A stretch of 54,571 bases of DNA from Eubacteriales bacterium (lineage in GTDB: Bacteria > Bacillota > Clostridia > Oscillospirales > CAG-272): positions 1 to 54,571 of the forward strand of contig JAZKZW010000089.1 in assembly GCA_045612865.1 (NCBI GenBank), written 5' to 3'. The translations under genes were made by a program, and so were the position numbers. Under the pieces are notes generated by a model. It made no database searches and was not told where the DNA came from. It saw nothing but the letters and a program-made list of their open reading frames with translations. Every line of letters starts with the position of its first letter. Position 1 is the first letter of the stretch. Shown in pieces: positions 29,339-37,936 of the stretch.

Positions 29339-30214
29339 ATGAAAAAGTATAGAGTTTCAATAGGTAAAGAAGATATTGCCTTTATCGATGAGGGCCAGGG
29401 CGAGGTTGTTTTGCTTGTTCACGGAAACATGTCCTCCTCCGTGCATTTTAAGCCCCTTATCGACCGTATTAAGCATAAATATAGATGCGTTGCTATAGAT
29501 CTTCGCGGCTTTGGCGACTCCAGCTATAATAACAGATTTGACACTCTTGATGAGCTTGCAGAGGATGTTAATGCCTTCACAGAAAGAATGGGCATCAAGA
29601 GCTATTACCTCGTTGGTTGGTCTAACGGTGGTGGTGTTTCTCTCAAGCTTTGTGCAAAGTATCCTGAAAAGGTAAAGAAGTTCTTTGACATCGAGGGCGC
29701 AGGTCACAAGGGATATCCCCTTTATCAGAAGGAAAACTATGTTTCCACAGGCAAGGCTTATCCATCAAAGGAGGCTATGGCAGAGGATCCCATCCAGGTT
29801 GCTCCCGCAGTTCGTATTTTTGAAAAGGGTGATGCTGTTAGCATGACAGCTATCTGGGACGCTACAATCTACACAGTTAATAAGCCCTCCAAGGCAGAAA
29901 ACGATTTCTATATGTCCGAAACATTGAAGCAGAGAAACCTTGTTGACCTTGACTGGGCTCTTGCAAATCTCAATATGTCAGACGAATATACTCCCTACGG
30001 ACTTGGTGACGGCACTATAAAGAATATCAAGTGTCCTGTTGCGCTCACAATGGCAGATAAGGATATCGTAGTTCCTGATTATATGGTTCTTGATAACTAC
30101 AACGCCCTTGGCGACCTTGCAACCCTTCTTCCTTATGAAAACTGCGGTCACTCTCCTCTGATTGATTGCCCTGATCGCCTTGCTAAAGACGTACTGGAGT
30201 TCTTCGGAAAGTAA
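29339..30214 (+). CDS. Alpha/beta-hydrolase resembling Bacillus intracellular PHB depolymerase PhaZ
   Basis: HGNMSSS, DLRGFG, GWSNGG, KGYP, EDPIQVAP, QRNLVD, DIVVP, CGHSPLIDC; colinear with the B. thuringiensis PhaZ sequence as I recall it. Confidence 0.75.
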   Translation: MKKYRVSIGKEDIAFIDEGQGEVVLLVHGNMSSSVHFKPLIDRIKHKYRCVAIDLRGFGDSSYNNRFDTLDELAEDVNAFTERMGIKSYYLVGWSNGGGVSLKLCAKYPEKVKKFFDIEGAGHKGYPLYQKENYVSTGKAYPSKEAMAEDPIQVAPAVRIFEKGDAVSMTAIWDATIYTVNKPSKAENDFYMSETLKQRNLVDLDWALANLNMSDEYTPYGLGDGTIKNIKCPVALTMADKDIVVPDYMVLDNYNALGDLATLLPYENCGHSPLIDCPDRLAKDVLEFFGK

Positions 30215-30230
30215 GGTTTATAAAAAAGCT

Positions 30231-30995
30231 ATGATTTTAGCAATTGATATTGGAAATACTAATATAGCTATTGGCGGTTTTTATGGAGAAGAGCTGCGCT
30301 TTGTTGCCAGAATTTCTACCGACCCAACCAAAACTGCAGACGAGTATTCCAGCAAGATTTTGCATATGCTATCTCTCTACGGTCTTGATAGAGCAGAGGT
30401 TTCGGGCGCTATTATTTCATCGGTAGTTCCTCCCTTGAACTCTATTATGACCAAGGCTATAAAGACTATTTACGGCGTGGATTCTCTAATGGTTGGCCCC
30501 GGAATAAAAACGGGAATAGGAATCCATTGCGACAACCCCGCATCTGTAGGCGCAGACCTTATTTGTGCCTGTGTTTCAGCCCATTATCTTCACGGCTCGC
30601 CATCTCTTATAATTGATATGGGAACGGCTACTAAAATGATGGTAGTGGACAAGAATGGGGCTTTTATTGGTGTGTCAATTATGCCTGGGGTTATGATGGG
30701 TCTTCTCGGGTTGTCCTCCGGAACTGCTCAGCTCCCCCAGGTTAGTTTAGATGCTCCTACAAGAGTCATCGGTAAGAATACTGCCGATTGTATGAAGTCG
30801 GGTGCCATATACGGCAATGCAGCAATGATAGACGGTATGATAGATCGCTTTAACGAGGAATATGGCGAGAGGCTTCCTGTTTATGCTACGGGTGGTTACT
30901 CCCATTCTATCATCAAGCATTGTAAGCACGAGATCACCATTGATGAGAACCTTGTTCTTCACGGTCTTTATATCATTTATAAGAAAAATGTATAG
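30231..30995 (+). CDS. coaX: Type III pantothenate kinase
   Basis: IDIGNTN, SSVVP, VGAD, IDMGTAT, ATGG; start re-called to 30231. Confidence 0.93.
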   Translation: MILAIDIGNTNIAIGGFYGEELRFVARISTDPTKTADEYSSKILHMLSLYGLDRAEVSGAIISSVVPPLNSIMTKAIKTIYGVDSLMVGPGIKTGIGIHCDNPASVGADLICACVSAHYLHGSPSLIIDMGTATKMMVVDKNGAFIGVSIMPGVMMGLLGLSSGTAQLPQVSLDAPTRVIGKNTADCMKSGAIYGNAAMIDGMIDRFNEEYGERLPVYATGGYSHSIIKHCKHEITIDENLVLHGLYIIYKKNV

Positions 30996-31005
30996 TTAGA
31001 TGCTT

Positions 31006-31041
31006 AAAAGGTGGTGCTTTTTTCTTAGGTGCCGCCTTTTT
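31006..31041 (+). terminator. Terminator closing the catabolic cluster
   Basis: AAAAGGTGGTGC / GTGCCGCCTTTT stem plus T run. Confidence 0.7.
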
Positions 31042-31136
31042 ATATGTTTTTTATTTCAAAATGGGTTGAACTTATTGTTTATATGTGCTATAATATAGCC
31101 AGATAGAATTATTTGCGCTTATAAAGGAGAGAAATA

Positions 31137-31442
31137 ATGATACACAACAAACTTGTAAGAAATAAAATTCCAGAGGTTATCATAGAGTCCGGCAGAAATT
31201 GCAAAACTAAAATACTATCTGACAAAGATTATGTCTTCGAGCTTGAACGCAAACTCTCCGAAGAGGTGCACGAATATAAGCTTGACAAAAACCCCGATGA
31301 GCTTTGCGACGTTATTGAGGTTGTTTATGCTCTGGCTGTGGCAAGGGGTATATCTGTTGAGGAGCTGGAGGCAAAGCGTATTGCAAAGCGTGAGCTCCGT
31401 GGCGGATTCGACGAAAAGGTATATCTTATAGAGGCTGACTGA
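31137..31442 (+). CDS. MazG-like nucleoside triphosphate pyrophosphohydrolase (COG4997-like)
   Basis: NKLVRNKIP, KLSEEVHE..ELCDVIE, KRELRGGF; own sigmaA promoter at 31066-31094. Confidence 0.8.
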   Translation: MIHNKLVRNKIPEVIIESGRNCKTKILSDKDYVFELERKLSEEVHEYKLDKNPDELCDVIEVVYALAVARGISVEELEAKRIAKRELRGGFDEKVYLIEAD

Positions 31443-31491
31443 TAGCTCGGCAGTAGTATCGCTGATAACTTTATTAAAAATGAATAAAAAT

Positions 31492-31536
31492 AAAAAACCA
31501 TCGCTTCAACACGTTTTATGAGAGGCGGTGGTTTTT
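31492..31536. terminator. Bidirectional terminator between convergent genes
   Basis: AAAAACCATCGCTTC / GAGGCGGTGGTTTTT. Confidence 0.7.
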
Positions 31537-31601
31537 GTGCTTTTTTGTAAAATATAGTTTACTTATATTAGGTTTTTTATGCTTGAAACAGTGTTTGTTC
31601 T

Positions 31602-31961
31602 TTACTGCGCGTATCTATAAAACATTGCTGAACCAAGATAAAGTGCAGCTAGAATTATGAAGTAAATACCAAAGCTATTTGATGCAAAAATGAGGGTCGC
31701 AACTGCGATTGAGGTTAAAACAACACCCTCAAAAACAAAGGTCTTTCTGCCCTGATAGACTATGGAGCACACCCCTGTTATAAGGCATAAAAGAGAGATT
31801 CCGAGCCTTGCAAGATACTGCAAAAATCCTAAAAACTCGTGCTCGTGGAGCGACCAGTCAAAGGAAAGCACCAGGCGGCCTTCAATAATTATGAAAACGA
31901 GGGCAACAAGCGCAACAAGAGAGCTTGCTATGATAAATAGTATTGTAGCTGCCTTTTTCAT
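31602..31961 (-). CDS. Small four-TM hypothetical membrane protein
   Basis: Hydrophobic 119 aa; ATGA overlap with the PI-PLC stop codon. Confidence 0.7.
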   Translation of the reverse strand: MKKAATILFIIASSLVALVALVFIIIEGRLVLSFDWSLHEHEFLGFLQYLARLGISLLCLITGVCSIVYQGRKTFVFEGVVLTSIAVATLIFASNSFGIYFIILAALYLGSAMFYRYAQ

Positions 31962-32863
31962 CTGAAGTTCACCTCCCAGATTGCCTTGGAAATTTCGCTT
32001 GTTATAAAATCACATACAATAACGCCCTGTGGACGCTGCTCTTTGCTTAGCCTTTCCAGTAGCCAAGGGTTAATATCCTTTGCGGGAGTGGCGGCGTATG
32101 TTGGTGGGAATCCGCTTGTAAGATAACAGCTTGTAAAGTTAAGCGTGAGTCCGTGCCGGCACGTATCCGCAACAGCCATAGTGCGCTCTATATCGGAAAT
32201 TTTGGTATCCACATTGTCAATCTTATAGTTATCCTGAACATATAGCTCGCCGAGGGTAAAGCTTGTTGAATCAGCCCAGCCGTCATAGGCAGGAATACCC
32301 ATAGTTGAATCTGCATATCTTGAAATTATGTAAATTTTTCCCCTTGCCTCGCCAACGGTTTTTGGGAGAGTTCTGTCCTTTGAAATTATATCGTATTCAG
32401 AGAGCTCTTCTTCAAGCAAGGCGGAAAAACTGCCCTCCGGACGCTTTGCATCAGCATCCTCCTTAATAGAAATGAATAAAAACTCTGTGGGATTTTCTTC
32501 GATAAACTCAACAATGTCCTCCAGCGTGTCATCAAAATCTGTGCGCTGATCAACAAAGCTGTGTACAATTCTGAAATCGTCCTCTACAAGCTTGAGTCTT
32601 ATATCAAGAAATCTTACGCCGATGTAGAGTTGATCCTCAATTGAGAGAGATTGGCATTTTCCTGCAACGTCGGCAATGGAATAAAGGGCTCCCGAGTCGT
32701 GTGTGCCGGGAATGGATAGTTCATTTATCGCCCTGTCATCCTCCAGCTGTGACATCCAGCGAACACCCTTATGCGTTGTGGGGCTTTCGAGCGGAGCGAG
32801 AGCAAAAAGGGCTATTGCAAATATAATGGCTATGCTGAATAGGTAGTTTACAATATTTTTCAT
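31958..32863 (-). CDS. Phosphatidylinositol-specific phospholipase C X-domain protein, exported or anchored
   Basis: LSIPGTHDS, GVRFLDIR, IVH, RGKI; N-terminal hydrophobic helix; start re-called to 32863 (RBS AAAGGAGA). Confidence 0.85.
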   Translation of the reverse strand: MKNIVNYLFSIAIIFAIALFALAPLESPTTHKGVRWMSQLEDDRAINELSIPGTHDSGALYSIADVAGKCQSLSIEDQLYIGVRFLDIRLKLVEDDFRIVHSFVDQRTDFDDTLEDIVEFIEENPTEFLFISIKEDADAKRPEGSFSALLEEELSEYDIISKDRTLPKTVGEARGKIYIISRYADSTMGIPAYDGWADSTSFTLGELYVQDNYKIDNVDTKISDIERTMAVADTCRHGLTLNFTSCYLTSGFPPTYAATPAKDINPWLLERLSKEQRPQGVIVCDFITSEISKAIWEVNFR

Positions 32864-32951
32864 AGATATATCTCCTTTCGGTATTATTTTACCATATTTT
32901 CCAATGGTTTTCAATAAAAAAATGTTAACTTTTGTGCGAGAACAAAAAAAC

Positions 32952-32980
32952 TTGCAATCACAAAGTGGGCGTGGTATAAT
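32952..32980 (+). promoter_or_regulatory. sigmaA promoter upstream of the ECF sigma gene
   Basis: TTGCAA-17-TATAAT with extended TG. Confidence 0.7.
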
Positions 32981-33048
32981 ATAGTAAACACATAAAATTT
33001 TGTGCATTTTTCTTGAATTTTTATAAAATGTAATTTTTTTGATATTGT

Positions 33049-33075
33049 TGTAACCTTTTGCGGATTTTTTGCGTC
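33049..33075 (+). promoter_or_regulatory. Putative autoregulatory ECF promoter
   Basis: TGTAAC-17-CGTC, SigX/SigW-like ECF consensus. Confidence 0.7.
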
Positions 33076-33132
33076 ATATATAGTGAAAGCGCTTTTTTAA
33101 TATTGAACCTGAAGCTTTCTGTATTTTGAGAG

Positions 33133-33696
33133 GTGGGTGATATAGTGGAAGATAAAAGAATAATCGATTTATATTTTGCCAGAAATGAAGAGGCGATAGC
33201 CAGAACAGAGGAGAAGTATGGAAAGCTTCTTTTCAGCCTTTCTTACGGGATTTTGAATTCGGAGGGCGATGCAGAGGAGTGCGTCAGCGATACATATATG
33301 AGAGCCTGGCAGCTGATACCTCCAACAAAGCCAAACTATCTTTCTGCTTTTCTCGCAAAGATAACAAGAAATCTATCGCTTACAAGATACAGGGAGAATA
33401 AAAAGCGCCGCAGCATTCTCACAACCGAGCTGATTTTTGACGAGATGCTTGAATGTGTTTCCGATAGTCGTGCTGATGCAGTTGATGATATTGCCCTTCG
33501 TGATGCCTTGAATAAATTTCTTTCCATTCTTGACCAAAAGCGAAGAGTGATTTTTATGAAAAGGTATTTCTTTATGAAGAGTATAAAGGATATTTCAAAG
33601 GATGTGGGCGTTAGCGTTGCTAATGTAAAAACTATTTTGAGCCGTACTCGTAATATGCTGCGTGACTATCTTGAAAGAGAGGGCATAAATCTATGA
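33133..33696 (+). CDS. ECF sigma-70 factor
   Basis: DAEECVSDTY..AFLAKITRN (region 2), IFMKRYF..VKTILSRTR (region 4); true start may be GTG 33145. Confidence 0.92.
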   Translation: MGDIVEDKRIIDLYFARNEEAIARTEEKYGKLLFSLSYGILNSEGDAEECVSDTYMRAWQLIPPTKPNYLSAFLAKITRNLSLTRYRENKKRRSILTTELIFDEMLECVSDSRADAVDDIALRDALNKFLSILDQKRRVIFMKRYFFMKSIKDISKDVGVSVANVKTILSRTRNMLRDYLEREGINL

Positions 33697-35639
33697 AGAA
33701 AAATGAGAGGCTCATGGAGGCAATGAGCTTTGTTGATGAAAAATATGTTAAGGAGGCTGAAGGTAAAATGAAAAATGGAAAATCATCGCGTTTTGGATTT
33801 TTTAAGGTTGCGGGCTTGGTTGCGAGCCTGGCTATATTTGTCGGTATAGGATTATTCTTGTTCCTGCCAACTAATGGCGGCGCTATGGATGTAAGCGCAT
33901 ATTCAGGCTCGGCATATTATCCATTGATTGAAAAGCTGGAGCCCTATCGCCACGAGAAGACAAAAAAGCCTTATGATAATAACTTTGAGCTTTTGGGAAT
34001 GGTTTTCAGGGAGATATTTTTCTCAGGCTTTGGTGGCGTGATGAAAGATGATGCTATGGGCACTGCGCCGGCTCCTGAAATGGGAAGCGACAGTCTTTCC
34101 GGCGAGTATCTTGAGGTAACAGACAACCAGGTGTCCGGCGTTATTGAAGCCGATATTATCAAGGCAACCGATAAGCATATATTTAAGTTAACCAGTTATG
34201 GTGCTTTGAAAATTTATAGCATGGACGGAGGGAACAGCAGTCTTATCAGCGAATTCCATATACTCCCCCTTGAAGACGAAAAGCGCTTTTTCCAAGCCGA
34301 GGATATGAAGGATATGTACCTCTCTCTTGACGGCAAAAAGATTATCATTATAAGAGAATACACATCCTGCGACGAGGTAAAGCGAGTTGGCATTATTTCA
34401 ATAGATGTTTCCGACCCAAAAAATCCTGAAAAGACTGGTGAATTGTCAATAGACGGAGATTACAAAACTTCAAGACTTGTTGGTGATAAGCTCCTTATGG
34501 TAAGTGAGTTTTACTTTAATATCAAGACCGTGGATTACAGCGATCCCAAAACATATATTCCTACGGTTACAAGGGACGGCAAAAAGAGCCTTCTTGTGAT
34601 GGATGAGATCTTCGCTCCCGAGCAAATTGACGGAACAAGATACAGTGTTGTTGCTTCGGTAGATATTAATAACTTTGAGATTTCCGGCGTAAATGGACTA
34701 CTAAACTTTACAGAAAACGTATATGTTTCAGAAAATAACGTTTATGTCACAAGAACATATAACAACAAAAATGATGAAAACGGACAAAAAATCACCGAGC
34801 GTATGAGCGACATTGTTGCCCTCGGATACACCAATCGTGGTCTTGAAAGAAAGGTATTTACCACCCCCGGATCTATTCTCAACCAGTACAGTATGGACGA
34901 GAGGGAAGGCTATCTAAGAGTTGTTACATCCACTATGAAAACCATTGAAGAGAGCAACTTCTCTGTTTCATCTACAAGAATTTCAGAGTGCGCAAGCCTT
35001 TATGTTTTCGACCTCTCGGAGGGTAGTCTGGTTGCGTCTGTAGAAAACTTTGCGCCCAATGGTGACGAGGTTGTTTCTGCAAGATTTGACGGTGACAGCC
35101 TGTATGTTTGCACCGCTATTGTAGTGACAATGACCGACCCCGTTTACTTCTTTGACCTTTCGGATTACAGCAACATTACCTACACGGATACAGGCATTAT
35201 ATCAGGATTTTCCACATCTCTTATTAACCTTGGTGAGGGCTTCCTTCTTGGCATAGGCAGAGAGGATCGGAGATATAATAAGGTTGAGGTTTATGAGGAG
35301 TTCGCAGGTCAGGTAAGGTCTGTTGCGGTGTTTGAATTTGACGGAGTGTACATTGAGGACTACAAGAGCTACTTTGTAAACAGAGAGGAGAATCTCTTTG
35401 GCTTTGCGGTGTATGGAGGAAGCAAATATACCTGCCACTATCTGCTTTTGAACTTTGATGGATACGAGCTTAACGTGGTTTCATCGGTAATGTTGTCAGA
35501 AAACGGTTATTATGATGAAGCTGCGAGCTGCCGTGCTATTCTCCGTGAAAATTACCTCTATCTTGTCACCGACGGTGGTATGAGGGTGGTTGATATATCC
35601 GTTTCCGGCGCAAATCAGGTGATTGCCACATTGGCTTAA
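33693..35639 (+). CDS. Membrane-anchored beta-propeller protein, probable anti-sigma/sensor
   Basis: LMEAMSFVDEKYVKEA anti-sigma-like N-terminus, one TM helix, TDNQVSGVIEADIIK, NQYSMDE, SARFDGD, TDPVYFFDLS (Beta_propel-like); ATGA overlap with the sigma gene. Confidence 0.8.
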   Translation: MKKNERLMEAMSFVDEKYVKEAEGKMKNGKSSRFGFFKVAGLVASLAIFVGIGLFLFLPTNGGAMDVSAYSGSAYYPLIEKLEPYRHEKTKKPYDNNFELLGMVFREIFFSGFGGVMKDDAMGTAPAPEMGSDSLSGEYLEVTDNQVSGVIEADIIKATDKHIFKLTSYGALKIYSMDGGNSSLISEFHILPLEDEKRFFQAEDMKDMYLSLDGKKIIIIREYTSCDEVKRVGIISIDVSDPKNPEKTGELSIDGDYKTSRLVGDKLLMVSEFYFNIKTVDYSDPKTYIPTVTRDGKKSLLVMDEIFAPEQIDGTRYSVVASVDINNFEISGVNGLLNFTENVYVSENNVYVTRTYNNKNDENGQKITERMSDIVALGYTNRGLERKVFTTPGSILNQYSMDEREGYLRVVTSTMKTIEESNFSVSSTRISECASLYVFDLSEGSLVASVENFAPNGDEVVSARFDGDSLYVCTAIVVTMTDPVYFFDLSDYSNITYTDTGIISGFSTSLINLGEGFLLGIGREDRRYNKVEVYEEFAGQVRSVAVFEFDGVYIEDYKSYFVNREENLFGFAVYGGSKYTCHYLLLNFDGYELNVVSSVMLSENGYYDEAASCRAILRENYLYLVTDGGMRVVDISVSGANQVIATLA

Positions 35640-35663
35640 TCATCAAAATCATTAATTGAATAA

Positions 35664-35708
35664 TAAGAGCCCGAGGTTAGCGTGTATCAAAGACTTCGGG
35701 TTTTCTTT
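35664..35708 (+). terminator. Terminator after the ECF operon
   Basis: AAGAGCCCGAGGT / ACTTCGGGTTTTC stem plus T run. Confidence 0.65.
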
Positions 35709-35775
35709 ATTAATTAGCAGCGCGTGTGGTTATATTTACTAAAATTCCGGGTGTTTTTTTGTAGATTATGCGAAC

Positions 35776-35804
35776 TTGCAATTTGATATTAAAAGTGTTA
35801 TAAT
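35776..35804 (+). promoter_or_regulatory. sigmaA promoter of the glycan locus
   Basis: TTGCAA-17-TATAAT with extended TG. Confidence 0.75.
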
Positions 35805-35911
35805 CTATAATGACAAAATGGGCGAGTGCGCCTTTTTATAGGTGAGTTGCTTTTTTGTCGTTTTATCGGTTATTTAATTTAACGCCCTAAAATGGGCAGA
35901 AGGAGATTTAT

Positions 35912-37918
35912 ATGAAAAATATTCGAACCAAGCTTGTTTTGATCCTGACAATTGTTTCAATGCTTCTCAGCCTGACCTCTTGTGACTGGTTGATGAACAT
36001 TTTTGATCAGTTCAAGCCAACCGAAGAGGGTAAGCAGCCACCTGTTGTTACCTCTGATTCCTTGTATGTAAAAAAGGTAGAAAATCTTTCCGATGATTTT
36101 ATTATGGGTATGGACGCGTCCTGTGTACCATCCTTGGAAGCCAGCGGAGTGAAGTACTACGATCATGATGGCGTGGAAAAGGACGTTTACCAGATCTTGT
36201 CCGAAAACGGAATCAACTATATCAGAGTTCGTATTTGGAATGATCCTTTTGATCGCAACGGCAACGGATACGGCGGTGGAAACTGCGATATCGAAAATGC
36301 GATAGCAATTGGTAAAAGAGCTACAGAACACGGCATGAAGATGTTGGTTAACTTCCATTACTCCGACTTCTGGGCTGACCCTGCAAAGCAGATGGTTCCA
36401 AAGGCTTGGAGAGGTATGGATATTGACGAAAAAACCGATGCTTTATATGCTTACACCAAGGAATGTCTTGAAAAGCTTGTAGCAGCAGGCGTTGACATCG
36501 GTATGGTACAGATCGGCAACGAAACCAACGGATATATGTGTGGTGAAAAGAACTGGATGAACATTGCAAAGCTTATGAACGCAGGTTCCAAGGCAACAAG
36601 AGAGGTTTGTCCCGATGCTCTTATCGCGGTTCATTTTGCTAATCCCGAGAAGGTTTCAAATTACAAAAATTACGCATATTATCTTGCTTCCCAGCAGGTT
36701 GATTACGACGTATTTGCGTCCTCCTATTATCCCTACTGGCACGGCACTCTTGATAATCTCACAAGTCTTTTGAACGAAATCTCTAAAAATTACGGTAAAA
36801 AGGTAATGGTTGCTGAGGTTTCTTACGCTTACACTGCGGCTGATACAGATTTTAACGGTAATACCATCGGTGACGGAAGCGCTGTAACAAAGGATTATCC
36901 ATACAGCATTCAGGGACAGGCAAATCTCGTTAGAAACGTTGTTGATGCTTGTGTTAACGGTATGACCGATTGTATAGGCGTGTTCTACTGGGAAGGCACT
37001 TGGATCTCCGTAGGAACTAACAGCTGGGAAGAGAACTCTGCAAAATGGGAGCAGTATGGCTCCGGCTGGGCATCCTCCTATGCGGCAGGCTATGACCCTA
37101 ACGATGCAGGAAAGTATTACGGCGGTTGCGCTGTAGAGAACCAGGCATTTTTCGATGAGAACGGATGTGCGATTGAATCTCTCAAGGTATTCGCACTTAT
37201 GAAAAACGGCAATGTTGTAGAAAACAAGCCTGATGCAATTGAAGATGTAAATCTTATTGTTGACCTTAACGGCGACATCGTTCTTCCCGAAACTGTAAAT
37301 GCAATTATGCTTGATAACTCAAAGCAGGAGATTCCTGTTGTTTGGAACAGCTATAACGAGGAAGAAATGAAGTCAAACGGCCCTGCAAAATACATCATTA
37401 AGGGTGTAGCAGGAGGAATGGAAGCTACCTGCGTGGTAGCAATGGTAGAGTATAACTTCCTTAAAAACTGGAGCTTTGAGGATGATGCCGAGGGCACAGG
37501 ATGGACTGTAAATGCACTCAAAAAGTTTGACGAGCTTTATGTAGAGGACAAGGTAACCGACTCTATAACAGGAACAAAGCACTATCATTTCTGGGGCGCA
37601 GGCACCGATGCGGTAGAGTTTGAGCTTGAACAGACTGTTGATTCTCTTAAGGCGGGCAAGTATAATTATACCATCTCTATTATGGGTGGTGACGGCGGAA
37701 ACACCGAGATCTACTCTTATGTTAAAATTAACGGAAAGATAGTTTATACCGCTGATTTGACAATAACTGTTTACAATGAATGGCATACTGCCACAATTTC
37801 TAATATAACTGTTAACGATGGCGATGTTGTTACCGTTGGTATTTATGTTAAGTGCTCCGGTGCAGGAAACGGTGCGTGGGGTAAGATTGATGACGCTATG
37901 CTCAACTCGGTAAAATAA
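35912..37918 (+). CDS. GH53 endo-beta-1,4-galactanase lipoprotein with Ig-like and CBM-like C-terminal domains
   Basis: Lipobox LTSC; YIRVRIWNDP, FHYSDFWADP, QIGNE, SSYYPYWH, VAE, FYWE. Confidence 0.92.
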   Translation: MKNIRTKLVLILTIVSMLLSLTSCDWLMNIFDQFKPTEEGKQPPVVTSDSLYVKKVENLSDDFIMGMDASCVPSLEASGVKYYDHDGVEKDVYQILSENGINYIRVRIWNDPFDRNGNGYGGGNCDIENAIAIGKRATEHGMKMLVNFHYSDFWADPAKQMVPKAWRGMDIDEKTDALYAYTKECLEKLVAAGVDIGMVQIGNETNGYMCGEKNWMNIAKLMNAGSKATREVCPDALIAVHFANPEKVSNYKNYAYYLASQQVDYDVFASSYYPYWHGTLDNLTSLLNEISKNYGKKVMVAEVSYAYTAADTDFNGNTIGDGSAVTKDYPYSIQGQANLVRNVVDACVNGMTDCIGVFYWEGTWISVGTNSWEENSAKWEQYGSGWASSYAAGYDPNDAGKYYGGCAVENQAFFDENGCAIESLKVFALMKNGNVVENKPDAIEDVNLIVDLNGDIVLPETVNAIMLDNSKQEIPVVWNSYNEEEMKSNGPAKYIIKGVAGGMEATCVVAMVEYNFLKNWSFEDDAEGTGWTVNALKKFDELYVEDKVTDSITGTKHYHFWGAGTDAVEFELEQTVDSLKAGKYNYTISIMGGDGGNTEIYSYVKINGKIVYTADLTITVYNEWHTATISNITVNDGDVVTVGIYVKCSGAGNGAWGKIDDAMLNSVK

Positions 37919-37936
37919 TAAAATTGGAGAATAAAA

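Noticed and set aside
33084-33097. cre-like site TGAAAGCGCTTTTT (a similar one near 48452)
   Set aside because: The right half-site deviates from consensus and the context gives no support; too weak to call.
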